Source: Prevotella sp. (GTDB lineage Bacteria > Bacteroidota > Bacteroidia > Bacteroidales > Bacteroidaceae). From it: DNA of 64,000 bases. Location of the stretch: assembly GCA_030539375.1 (NCBI GenBank), contig JAUNSB010000001.1, forward strand, positions 49,375 through 113,374. The letters run 5' to 3'. Each line of letters starts with the position of its first letter. Positions within the stretch are counted from its first letter, which is position 1. The notes under the pieces were generated by a model, which saw nothing but the letters and a program-made list of their open reading frames with translations, had not been told where the DNA came from and did no database searches. Positions 19,670-28,331 of the stretch are shown here, in pieces. The position numbers and the translations under genes were made by a program.

Positions 19670-21478
19670 TTACTCAATTTCTACATCAAAGGTAATACCC
19701 TTCTTCCACTCCAAATCTACAGAAAGACCGAATTCCAAGTTAGTGGCACGGAGGTCAGGAATCACGTTATAGGCATTCTCCAAAGAAGTGATAGTAACCT
19801 TTGCTGTGGTCTTATAGTCAGACTTAAAGACATCAGTAACAGCATTAGGATTATATTCAGTATTATTCTTATATGAGGTAGGGTCAAGCTTACCCAAAAG
19901 ATAGAACTTACTTCCCTTATAGACAATCTGATTATTATGTCCAACAAACTCTACATCAGAGTTATTCTCAAGCTCAATGGCAAACTGAACAATATTTGGA
20001 CTTTCTTTGGTATTTGGCAGTGCCAAAGTATAGTTGCAAATTTCAGCATCACCGTTCACATAATTTGCATAATACTTTGGGGTTTCATCAATATTTAACT
20101 CTACCTTATCATAAATTGTTTTTCCGAAAGTAGCAGTGGCAGAAGGCGCAAACTTATAATCCACCTTATCAGGCTGACCGCCGACAAGAATTGCCGTAAT
20201 AGGGAAGGTTTTGGCACCTACTGTTATCGTACGCTGTACATCGTCGACTTTCTTGTCTGACAAAGTCGTCGCACCAGTCTTAACTGCCAATGCAAGATTA
20301 CCCACACCATAATTGATATTGTCCTTCATTGCTATAGAACGGGTAGTGGCAAGCACCGCATCTTTCCATTCGGTGGCTGTAAAACCGTTTGACCAGTCTG
20401 TTGTTGTTGTTGGCCAATTAGCCACAGAGTTATCAGAAGCCTTAAGTGGTGTGTTCGCATAATAATACAACGATGCAGGATAGGTTACATTTGCGACATT
20501 TATGTTATTATCTGCACCAGGAGTGCCTATGATTTGACCTGTGGTAACATAAAGAAATTTACCACTGGCATCTTTATCATAATTAACAGCCACCGCACCA
20601 TCAGGCAAATTCAGATTTTTAGGGAAACTCAGAGTTGTTGACAATGTATAACCACTTGTGGCATCACCTAAAACAGTAAATATACTGCCATTTGTAATTG
20701 CTGCCATAATCTTAGCTGCAACATCATCGTCTGTAGTTTTCAACTTAGACGCAGCATTATACAGACTCTCTAAAGCTGCCTTTATGCTGGAGGCAGAACC
20801 AGCCTTCATCTTCACAAAGTCATCATACAATTTTTTTAATTGCGAATCGTCAGCAGAAGCATCCCACCCCTCAACACTTTCAACACCATTCAAGACACTC
20901 AGCAAAGCTACAGCCTGTTCATTGTCAGAAGGCACAGTACTAGCTGGAAGGACATCCTTCAAAGCGAAAGTGATATCACTCACACTTGTAGCACCATCAA
21001 ACGTTGTTGTCAAATTGCCATTGGCAAAGTCAGTTGCAGCCTCTATTGCTGCCTGACCATAGAACAGGAAATGATTGGTGCCTACAGGTATTGTGACATC
21101 GCTGTAAATCTTGCTGGAACGATTCTTGTCATCTGTGCCATAAATATCACTTGTCGTAAGAGGGGCCAGTGTGATTACAGATGCGATATCCTCTGTGCCC
21201 GCCATATCAATACCAGCCAAGGTGAAAGGATACAGACGTATATTCTTCATTCCCAAGAAGCCTGTCCCGTCTGCCTGAGTATTGTCACCCGTCATACGGG
21301 TTTTTACCTGTGCAGCACGCGGTATGTTGATTGCAAACTGCGTCTTCACACTCTCCCCATCGAATGACGGATTCACGTTAACCACTTCCTCATCAGATGA
21401 ACAAGCTGAGAAAGCCATTGCGCCAGCAAGCAGCACCGCCACTCCATAGGCAAAATTCATGTTAGTAAACTTTTTCAT
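19670..21478 (-). CDS. Mfa1-like major fimbrial (type V pilus stalk) subunit
   Basis: 602 aa. Lipobox AFSACSSD. The N-terminal propeptide-like segment TQFAINIPRAAQVKTR ends in Arg, a candidate Arg-protease maturation site. The size and position fit an Mfa1-type stalk pilin. Confidence 0.6.
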   Translation of the reverse strand: MKKFTNMNFAYGVAVLLAGAMAFSACSSDEEVVNVNPSFDGESVKTQFAINIPRAAQVKTRMTGDNTQADGTGFLGMKNIRLYPFTLAGIDMAGTEDIASVITLAPLTTSDIYGTDDKNRSSKIYSDVTIPVGTNHFLFYGQAAIEAATDFANGNLTTTFDGATSVSDITFALKDVLPASTVPSDNEQAVALLSVLNGVESVEGWDASADDSQLKKLYDDFVKMKAGSASSIKAALESLYNAASKLKTTDDDVAAKIMAAITNGSIFTVLGDATSGYTLSTTLSFPKNLNLPDGAVAVNYDKDASGKFLYVTTGQIIGTPGADNNINVANVTYPASLYYYANTPLKASDNSVANWPTTTTDWSNGFTATEWKDAVLATTRSIAMKDNINYGVGNLALAVKTGATTLSDKKVDDVQRTITVGAKTFPITAILVGGQPDKVDYKFAPSATATFGKTIYDKVELNIDETPKYYANYVNGDAEICNYTLALPNTKESPNIVQFAIELENNSDVEFVGHNNQIVYKGSKFYLLGKLDPTSYKNNTEYNPNAVTDVFKSDYKTTAKVTITSLENAYNVIPDLRATNLEFGLSVDLEWKKGITFDVEIE

Positions 21479-21490
21479 GTCAAAACAATT

Positions 21491-22834
21491 TTATTGATTA
21501 ATATTTCTTTTCCTTATCTGTTCAATGTTACGGCGTGCGTTCTCATTACCCTCATCTGCAGCACGCTGCATATACTCCATACCTTTCTGCTCATTGCCTG
21601 TCATATAATAAGCCACTCCGAGCGGACTATGCGAACGCTTGTCACATGACACAGGTTCGAGCAATGTGAGCGCCTCAGCATATTTTCCTTCCTTCATCAA
21701 GTCTACAGCCTTGTTGATGATCTTGGCTGTGGTGTCGGGCACATAGTCATAGTATATGCGCACATAGCCGGAGTTACGCTGGTCTTTCAGTATATACTCC
21801 TTCAGATATGCGTATGCCTTGCCCTTGTCGAGTGCCTTTATCATACGCTCCTTCCTGTCGGGAGAGTTTCTGGAGTCAATAATATCGAGCAGTCTCTCAC
21901 GCCATTCAAAATCTGTATCACTGATTTGGTCGCGCAGCTCTGTCCACGCCTCACCGCCGTTTACCGCCTCATACATGCTGTCGGGAGTGCGTACCTTCTG
22001 TTGCATATACTTCTTCAATGCCTCGGCGCGGTTGGCAGACAATGCGGAGTTACGCTGCTGCGGACCTTCCACTGACGCCAGTCCTATAATCTGTATTATC
22101 TTTACCGACGATGTGGTGTCTGCCATTATCGCCTTGGTGATGTATTCTATCCGGTCGAGCGTCTGGGCATTGTCACGGAAATCGTGCAGCAACGTTGACT
22201 TTGCCACAGGAAAATGAACGTAGAGCGCGCCTTCCTCCTTGCGGAGGATGCGTGTGTCGTCATAAGGCAGGTACTTGCTTATGTGCTGCAGCACGGGATT
22301 ATTCTTCTGTAGCTCGCCAGCCTTGCCTGTGTTGTCCTCCACATACTCCAGCTGCGGCATGAACGGCGGGATATAGACGAAATGTCCGATACTGTCATGA
22401 GGCATGTCCACCACATTGCAGCATCCCTCCATCTCTTTCTTAGCAGCCATCTCTATGCGTCCAGTCCACAGCCATGGATAGCGGTCACGGCTGAGCGTCA
22501 GCTCACGCTGTTGTGTGGCGTTTAGCGGAAGCCCGGAAGCCGTGGTCTGCGGCACACTGTCGTAGAACCGGCTGCGCTCCATATATCTCATGTTTCTCTT
22601 TCCACGGAACACTATCGGGTCGAGAAACAGCGAGTCACCCTTTGCGTTGCAGAGGAAAGGCGTGAGACACAGGGCATAGTCGCTGCCCACAGTCTGGTCT
22701 CCGGCAAGCACGTATGTGATTTTCATTGTCGAGTCATCAGCCATGAAGCCGGTAAGCCGGCTTTCAATGGCTGCCTGGGCAAAGGCGGTGAATGCCGCCG
22801 CAAATATAATTGCCATAATCAGTAATCTTTTCAT
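21491..22834 (-). CDS. DUF3868-like protein with OmpA-like and TPR-like C-terminal parts
   Basis: 447 aa with a signal peptide. The middle region IIQIIGLASVEGPQQRNSALSANRAEALKKYM resembles an OmpA C-like peptidoglycan-binding motif. The C-terminus is TPR-like (GKYAEALTLLEP...YYMTGNEQKGMEYMQRAADEGNENA). The gene sits between the DUF3575-like and pilin genes, as it does in many Bacteroidales loci. Confidence 0.5.
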   Translation of the reverse strand: MKRLLIMAIIFAAAFTAFAQAAIESRLTGFMADDSTMKITYVLAGDQTVGSDYALCLTPFLCNAKGDSLFLDPIVFRGKRNMRYMERSRFYDSVPQTTASGLPLNATQQRELTLSRDRYPWLWTGRIEMAAKKEMEGCCNVVDMPHDSIGHFVYIPPFMPQLEYVEDNTGKAGELQKNNPVLQHISKYLPYDDTRILRKEEGALYVHFPVAKSTLLHDFRDNAQTLDRIEYITKAIMADTTSSVKIIQIIGLASVEGPQQRNSALSANRAEALKKYMQQKVRTPDSMYEAVNGGEAWTELRDQISDTDFEWRERLLDIIDSRNSPDRKERMIKALDKGKAYAYLKEYILKDQRNSGYVRIYYDYVPDTTAKIINKAVDLMKEGKYAEALTLLEPVSCDKRSHSPLGVAYYMTGNEQKGMEYMQRAADEGNENARRNIEQIRKRNINQ

Positions 22835-22844
22835 CCTTACACCT

Positions 22845-23444
22845 TTATTTTATATTATATATAAACGATATTGCAAGCTTGGTGGGCATGAACATGCCTT
22901 TCGTCTCGTCGGCAAGTTTGCTGCCGCATTTAAAGCACCTGTATTTAGAGTATCTCGTTATGCCATAGCCGATGCCTATCTCCGCCTCTATGCTCCATCT
23001 CTTTGACGGAAGCATCCAGCTGTAGCCGTAAGCTATGCCTACTGCGCCGAGATCGCCCTGAAAACGGTTGTCCTTAAGCTCGGGAAACAGTCCGAAAGGA
23101 ACGTCTATTCCTCCAACATTGAAATGCGAGTAAACAAGATGTGCGCCGAAAAAATGTCCGGCAAAGGCATGACAGAGCCAGTAGCGCGCCTCGGGCTGCA
23201 CGGCAATGTGGCGGAGCTTCTTGTTCTCTGAGAATGTAAAGGGATTATATCCGAGTGAGAGGTCCACAGTCCATCTGTCGGCAACCTTCTTCTCAACAGC
23301 TGCGTTAACCGATGTCGTAGCCCAATAAAGGGTGTTGGTCTTCACAGCCACATTCTGTGCCACTACCGGTGTCATATACAACATCAGCAAAATAGTCATA
23401 GTCGCAGCCATGCAAAAACCTAAAAAACTATTACAACGTCTCAT
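22845..23444 (-). CDS. DUF3575-like small outer-membrane beta-barrel protein
   Basis: NVAVKTNTLYWATTSVNAAVEKKVADRWTVDLSLGYNPFTF...RHIAVQPEARYW shows an alternating beta-strand pattern and a C-terminal aromatic-rich end. The start was moved to MRRCNSF (alternative Met at 23453) because a -7 box at 23468-23475 lies downstream of the 23480 ATG. Confidence 0.55.
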   Translation of the reverse strand: MRRCNSFLGFCMAATMTILLMLYMTPVVAQNVAVKTNTLYWATTSVNAAVEKKVADRWTVDLSLGYNPFTFSENKKLRHIAVQPEARYWLCHAFAGHFFGAHLVYSHFNVGGIDVPFGLFPELKDNRFQGDLGAVGIAYGYSWMLPSKRWSIEAEIGIGYGITRYSKYRCFKCGSKLADETKGMFMPTKLAISFIYNIK

Positions 23445-23467
23445 ATATAACATATTTAAAATTTCTA

Positions 23468-23475
23468 CAAAATTA
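23468..23475 (-). promoter_or_regulatory. -7 promoter box (TAATTTTG) of the pilus operon
   Basis: The reverse complement of caaaatta matches TAnnTTTG, 15-24 nt upstream of the candidate start codons of the first operon gene. Confidence 0.5.
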
Positions 23476-24120
23476 GTCATTATATTCCATTCCTACAAAC
23501 TTACACACTGGACAACCATGCAAAATTGGTCTTTGTCCATTAATCTGTCCATTTCAGAATGACCGAATATGGCCTTTCTTCCATAAAATCCAACCGTTGC
23601 ATCCCCCAACAGGCAGAAACGGTAACATTGTCTTATTGTCTTTCACCTGCCATTGTCCACCGTTTTTCATACGTCAACAGTTACCCCGTCATAACATTTC
23701 GAATGCAAAAATACAAAAAAAATTCTGCATTGAGCAATCCCCCCCCACATTAACCATAATTAACCCGATAAAATCATATATTTTTACAATTAAGTTATTT
23801 CCATTCCCGTAATACGTCTTTTTCTGCCATTATACATTTTATATTCATTCTACGATTTACAATGCAAAATTACGTATAACAAAACAGAAAAACAAATACG
23901 TTTTTCCATTTTGAACCATTTGAGACTACATTTTTACTATTTGAGACAAAAAAAAATGAAAATTACCAATAAAATAATATTTCTGTGGCGATACCCCCAA
24001 AGAACATATGTTCGATGATTGAAGAACAAATGAGGCGTTTCCAAGATATAAAACACATCACAAATCGTACCAAGTTATATTTTTACGTCACATATATAAT
24101 AAATTCTCAGAAAAAAACTG

Positions 24121-24128
24121 TAACTTTG
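24121..24128 (+). promoter_or_regulatory. -7 promoter box (TAACTTTG) for the ACT/UPF0210 pair
   Basis: Exact TAnnTTTG match 35 nt upstream of ATG 24163. Confidence 0.55.
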
Positions 24129-24162
24129 CAACCAAATAGTAAAACATAACAAAAACGAGACA

Positions 24163-24435
24163 ATGAACAAGGCTATTATTACTGTGGTGGGCAAGGACAC
24201 CGTGGGCATTATCGCAAAAGTTTGCACTTATCTGGCAGAGAACAAAATAAACATTCTCGACATCTCGCAGACTATCGTGCAGGGGTATTTCAACATGATG
24301 ATGATTGTTGACATGAGCAAGGTTGACAGCACTTTCGAGACCGTCAGCGGCAGTCTGATGAAGATTGGCGAGGGCATGGGCGTGGAGATAAAATGCCAGC
24401 GCACTGAGATTTTCGACAAGATGCACCGCATCTGA
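24163..24435 (+). CDS. ACT-domain protein (UPF0237 type)
   Basis: 90 aa, [37 protein letters not shown]... A stand-alone ACT fold of the kind that always pairs with a UPF0210 gene. Confidence 0.8.
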   Translation: MNKAIITVVGKDTVGIIAKVCTYLAENKINILDISQTIVQGYFNMMMIVDMSKVDSTFETVSGSLMKIGEGMGVEIKCQRTEIFDKMHRI

Positions 24436-24464
24436 GCATACACCTTATTATATATATAGGAGAT

Positions 24465-25829
24465 ATGATAAATATTGCTGAGGTCAGAGAGACCAACATG
24501 ATGATAGAGCAGGAGAACCTCGACGTGCGCACAATCACGATGGGCATCAACCTGCTGGGCTGCGCTGACAGCAGTCTGGAAAAGACGTGCAACAACATTT
24601 TTGACAAGATAACATCGCTGGCGGGAAACCTTGTGAAGACAGGCGAGGACATTTCGCGCGAGTTTGGCATTCCCATTGTCAACAAGCGAGTGAGCATCAC
24701 CCCCATCTCGTTGGTGGGAAGTGCCTGCTGCAAGACTCCCGACGACTATGTGGAGATAGCACGCACGCTCGACCGTGCCGCCAAAGCCATTGGCATAAAC
24801 TTTCTGGGCGGCTACAGCGCCGTGGTGTCGAAGGGAATGACGCAGAGCGACGAGCTGCTTATACGCTCCATACCCAAGGCACTGGCGCAGACCGACTTTA
24901 TATGCTCGTCGGTGAACGTGGGCAGCACAAAGACCGGCATAAATATGGATGCCGTGAGGCTGATGGGCGAGATTGTGCGCGAGACAGCCATAGAGACAAA
25001 GGAGCGCGACTCGATAGGCTGCGCCAAGCTGGTGGTGCTGTGCAACGCGCCCGACGACAATCCGTTTATGGCTGGTGCTTTCCATGGAGTGACTGAGGCT
25101 GATGCCATAATCAACGTTGGCGTGAGCGGTCCCGGAGTGGTGAAACACGTGTTGCAGAACATCCACGGCGAGAGTTTCGAGGTGCTTTGCGAAACCATCA
25201 AGAAGACTGCGTTTAAGATTACACGCGTGGGGCAGCTGGTGGCTCAGGAAGCTTCGGCAAGGCTCGGAGTGCCGTTTGGCATCATCGACCTGTCGCTGGC
25301 ACCTACGCCAGCCATTGGCGACTCGGTGGCAGACATTCTGTGTGAAATAGGATTGGAGCACGCCGGAGCACCGGGAACAACTGCTGCTCTGGCTTTGCTC
25401 AACGACCAGGTGAAAAAAGGCGGTGTGATGGCATCGTCGTACGTGGGCGGACTGAGCGGAGCGTTCATTCCTGTGAGCGAGGACCAGGGTATGATAAATG
25501 CCGTGGAGGCAGGAGCGCTGACAATAGAGAAGCTTGAGGCAATGACCTGCGTATGCTCGGTGGGGCTCGACATGATTGCCATCCCTGGCGACACACCATG
25601 CACCACAATAGCTGGCATCATTGCCGACGAGAGCGCAATAGGAATGATAAACCAGAAGACCACGGCTGTGCGCATCATACCGGTGATAGGCAAGGGCGTG
25701 GGCGACAGGGTGGAGTTTGGAGGTTTGCTGGGCTATGCGCCGATAATGCCGGTAAACAAGTTCAGCTGCGCCGATTTCGTTAACCGCAAGGGAAGAATCC
25801 CCGCACCTATACATTCGTTTAAGAATTAG
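24465..25829 (+). CDS. UPF0210 (DUF711, PFL-like) family protein
   Basis: 454 aa. The N-terminus [25 protein letters not shown] and conserved blocks FLGGYSA and [11 protein letters not shown] are typical of UPF0210. Confidence 0.8.
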   Translation: MINIAEVRETNMMIEQENLDVRTITMGINLLGCADSSLEKTCNNIFDKITSLAGNLVKTGEDISREFGIPIVNKRVSITPISLVGSACCKTPDDYVEIARTLDRAAKAIGINFLGGYSAVVSKGMTQSDELLIRSIPKALAQTDFICSSVNVGSTKTGINMDAVRLMGEIVRETAIETKERDSIGCAKLVVLCNAPDDNPFMAGAFHGVTEADAIINVGVSGPGVVKHVLQNIHGESFEVLCETIKKTAFKITRVGQLVAQEASARLGVPFGIIDLSLAPTPAIGDSVADILCEIGLEHAGAPGTTAALALLNDQVKKGGVMASSYVGGLSGAFIPVSEDQGMINAVEAGALTIEKLEAMTCVCSVGLDMIAIPGDTPCTTIAGIIADESAIGMINQKTTAVRIIPVIGKGVGDRVEFGGLLGYAPIMPVNKFSCADFVNRKGRIPAPIHSFKN

Positions 25830-25843
25830 GAAAAACTGATGAT

Positions 25844-27487
25844 ATGCTGAAAAAGATTTCTATTTTGAGTTTGCTGTTGTCGGCGGCAGCCGGAGCAATG
25901 GCATGCACTAACCTGATTGTGGGCAAGAAGGCGAGTGCGGACGGAAGTGTGATGTGTACATATTCGTGCGATGACTACGGAATGTTCATCAAGCTGCAGA
26001 CTTACCCTGCGGGTAAGCATGCAAAGGGTGAGATGCGCAAAATCTACAACTGGGAGAACGGCAAGTATATGGGTGAGATTCCCGAGGCTGCTGAGACCTA
26101 TAATGTGGTGGGCAACATCAACGAGTATCAGGTGACGATAGGAGAGACAACCTTCGGAGGACGTGAGGAGATGTGCGACACAACAGGACTGCTCGACTAC
26201 GGCTCGATGATTGCGCTGGCGCTGCAGCGGTCGAAGACGGCAAGAGAGGCGATAGGGGTGCTCACCACCCTGGCGGAGACCTACGGATATAACAGTGAGG
26301 GCGAGACCTTCACCATCTGCGACCCCAACGAGGCGTGGATAATGGACATGATGGGCTGCGGTCCTGGCAGCAAGCAGTGTGTGTGGGTGGCGCTCCGTGT
26401 GCCCGACGACTGCATCTGCGCCCATGCCAACCAGAGCCGCATCACCACCTTCAACCAAAAGGACAAGAAGAACGTGATGTGCTCGAAGAACGTGGTGAGC
26501 TATGCCCGCAAGATGGGATGGTATAGCGGCAAGGATGCCGACTTCTCGTTTAACGCCGCATACGCCGCTCCCGACTTCTCGGGGCGCAGGGCGTGCGAGG
26601 CGCGTGTGTGGAGCTATTTCAACATGTATGGCGACGGCATGGACAAGTATGTTGACTATGCGGCAGGTGTTAAGAAGGATGCCGAGCCGATGCCCCTGTG
26701 GATTGTGCCAAACAAAAAACTGTCGGTGGCTGACGTTGAGCGTGCCATGCGCGACCATTACGAGGGAACACCGTTTGCCCTCGACGGCGACATGGGCGGC
26801 GGTATATGGGAGATGCCCTACCGTCCGACACCGCTTTTCTACAAGGATGGCGACAAGTCGTACTTCAACGAGCGTCCGATAAGCACTCAGCAGACGGGCT
26901 CGGTGTATGTTGCCCAGATGCGCTCGTGGCTGCCCAATGAGATAGGCGGCATCCTGTGGTATGGCAATGACGACGGCAACATGGTGGCGTTCACGCCTGT
27001 TTATTGCTGTGTGGAAAAGGCTCCACGCTGTTACAACACTCCGGGAGCCGACGGCACACACTTCTCGATGGACAATGCCTACTGGGTGTGCAACTGGGTG
27101 AGCAACATGGTGTATCCTCGTTACAGCCAGATGTTTGGCGACCTGAAGTTTGTGCGCGACTCGCTCGACAATTCTTATTTCAAGAATCAGAAAGCCGTGG
27201 AGGATGAGGCTATGGCTCTCTATAAGGAGTCGCCAGCCAAGGCAAAGGCTTATCTCAGCAAATACTCGCATGACAGGGCTGAGGAGATGCTGGCGGCATG
27301 GCGCAACCTCGCCACCTATCTCATAGTGAAGCACAACGACATGACCGTGCGTCCTGAGACCAGCCGCGGAGTGTTCAAGATGACAAAGGAGGGACTGCCA
27401 GTGAGGGTTACCCGTCCAGGTTATCCTGCCAGCTATAAGAAGAAACTGATAGAGACCAGCGGCAATAAGTTTGCCGTGCCGGAATAA
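25844..27487 (+). CDS. peptidase family C69 dipeptidase (secreted)
   Basis: A signal peptide is followed by the nucleophile Cys motif ACTNLIVGKKASADGSVM. The 547-aa length is typical. Confidence 0.8.
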   Translation: MLKKISILSLLLSAAAGAMACTNLIVGKKASADGSVMCTYSCDDYGMFIKLQTYPAGKHAKGEMRKIYNWENGKYMGEIPEAAETYNVVGNINEYQVTIGETTFGGREEMCDTTGLLDYGSMIALALQRSKTAREAIGVLTTLAETYGYNSEGETFTICDPNEAWIMDMMGCGPGSKQCVWVALRVPDDCICAHANQSRITTFNQKDKKNVMCSKNVVSYARKMGWYSGKDADFSFNAAYAAPDFSGRRACEARVWSYFNMYGDGMDKYVDYAAGVKKDAEPMPLWIVPNKKLSVADVERAMRDHYEGTPFALDGDMGGGIWEMPYRPTPLFYKDGDKSYFNERPISTQQTGSVYVAQMRSWLPNEIGGILWYGNDDGNMVAFTPVYCCVEKAPRCYNTPGADGTHFSMDNAYWVCNWVSNMVYPRYSQMFGDLKFVRDSLDNSYFKNQKAVEDEAMALYKESPAKAKAYLSKYSHDRAEEMLAAWRNLATYLIVKHNDMTVRPETSRGVFKMTKEGLPVRVTRPGYPASYKKKLIETSGNKFAVPE

Positions 27488-27491
27488 AATT

Positions 27492-28241
27492 TTATCTTCG
27501 GAACTCACTAAGCGTGACGGCTGTGGCGATAGCGACATTAAGGCTTTCGGCATGGTCGTCACTTTTTGTGAATGAGGGTATGAGCAGCTTGCGGGTCACG
27601 AGTGCCCTCACGGGCTCGGATATTCCGTTGCCCTCGTTGCCCATCACTATTACGCCGTTGGCGGTGAGCTTCTGACTATAGATGTTGCTGCCGTCGAGCA
27701 GGGTGCCGTAGACAGGCACGCCGTCTGCCGCAATGGCAGTGAGCGTCTGCACAAGGTCACAGTAGACAATATTCACCCGTGCTATGCTGCCCATGGTCGC
27801 CTGCACCACCTTGGGACTGAATGCATCGGCGGTGTTCTGGCTGCACAGGATGGTGTTGATGCCAAACCAGTCGGCAATGCGTATTATCGTGCCGAGGTTG
27901 CCGGGGTCCTGAACTCCGTCGAGGGCAAGAATGATATTATTTTGGGCATCAGTGGCATGAGAGGGAGCAGGCAGGGGAAACAGTGCCAGGACCTCCTGCG
28001 GATGCTGCTGGAAGGAAATCTGTCTCAGCTCACCCTCGCTCACACATACGGTATGGATGCCGTCGTAAGAATTTCTGTCAAGCCATTCCTGTGTGGCAAA
28101 AATCATTTTCGGCTGCATTCGCCGCATCAGGTCACCCACCGTTTTGGGACCTTCTGCCACAAAGAGGCTGTTTTGTGTTCTGTACTTCTTTTGCTCCAGA
28201 GAATGTATCAGTTTCAGTTGATTTTTGCTTATCATGCTCAA
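27492..28241 (-). CDS. TrmH/SpoU-family RNA 2'-O-methyltransferase
   Basis: 249 aa. SpoU motifs are LDGVQDPGNLGTIIRIADWFG, VMGNEGNGIS and SLNVAIATAV. Confidence 0.8.
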   Translation of the reverse strand: MSMISKNQLKLIHSLEQKKYRTQNSLFVAEGPKTVGDLMRRMQPKMIFATQEWLDRNSYDGIHTVCVSEGELRQISFQQHPQEVLALFPLPAPSHATDAQNNIILALDGVQDPGNLGTIIRIADWFGINTILCSQNTADAFSPKVVQATMGSIARVNIVYCDLVQTLTAIAADGVPVYGTLLDGSNIYSQKLTANGVIVMGNEGNGISEPVRALVTRKLLIPSFTKSDDHAESLNVAIATAVTLSEFRR

Positions 28242-28281
28242 TTTATTGTGTCTAAAATGTTGAAAAAATCCGTTTCTTTTG

Positions 28282-28289
28282 CAAAGTTA
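28282..28289 (-). promoter_or_regulatory. -7 promoter box (TAACTTTG) for the TrmH-family gene
   Basis: The reverse complement of caaagtta, about 40 nt upstream of ATG 28241. Divergent with the 28302 box. Confidence 0.5.
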
Positions 28290-28301
28290 CAGATTTTTTC
28301 T

Positions 28302-28309
28302 TAACTTTG
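28302..28309 (+). promoter_or_regulatory. -7 promoter box (TAACTTTG) for the BamA/TamA-like gene
   Basis: Exact TAnnTTTG match 23 nt upstream of ATG 28332. Confidence 0.5.
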
Positions 28310-28331
28310 CACATTATTTCTCAGATTTTTC

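Noticed and set aside
19634-19876. 80-aa plus-strand ORF starting after the TAAGATACTTTGCC repeats and running antisense into the Mfa1-like gene
   Set aside because: The repeats do not match TAnnTTTG exactly (the spacing is one base short). The ORF product has no features. It is most likely a chance ORF.
23476-24162. Invertible (phase-variable) promoter upstream of the pilus operon
   Set aside because: I found no flanking inverted repeats longer than 6-7 bp, and no recombinase gene is nearby. Only homopolymer tracts and short direct repeats are present, and these are reported separately at low interest.
24228-27562. Two very long minus-strand ORFs (24228..25814, 528 aa; 25826..27562, 578 aa) opposite the UPF0210 and C69 genes
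   Set aside because: The translations are low-complexity His/Arg/Ala/Val-rich strings with no motifs. The plus-strand ORFs carry clear family signatures. These are antisense shadow ORFs of GC3-rich genes.
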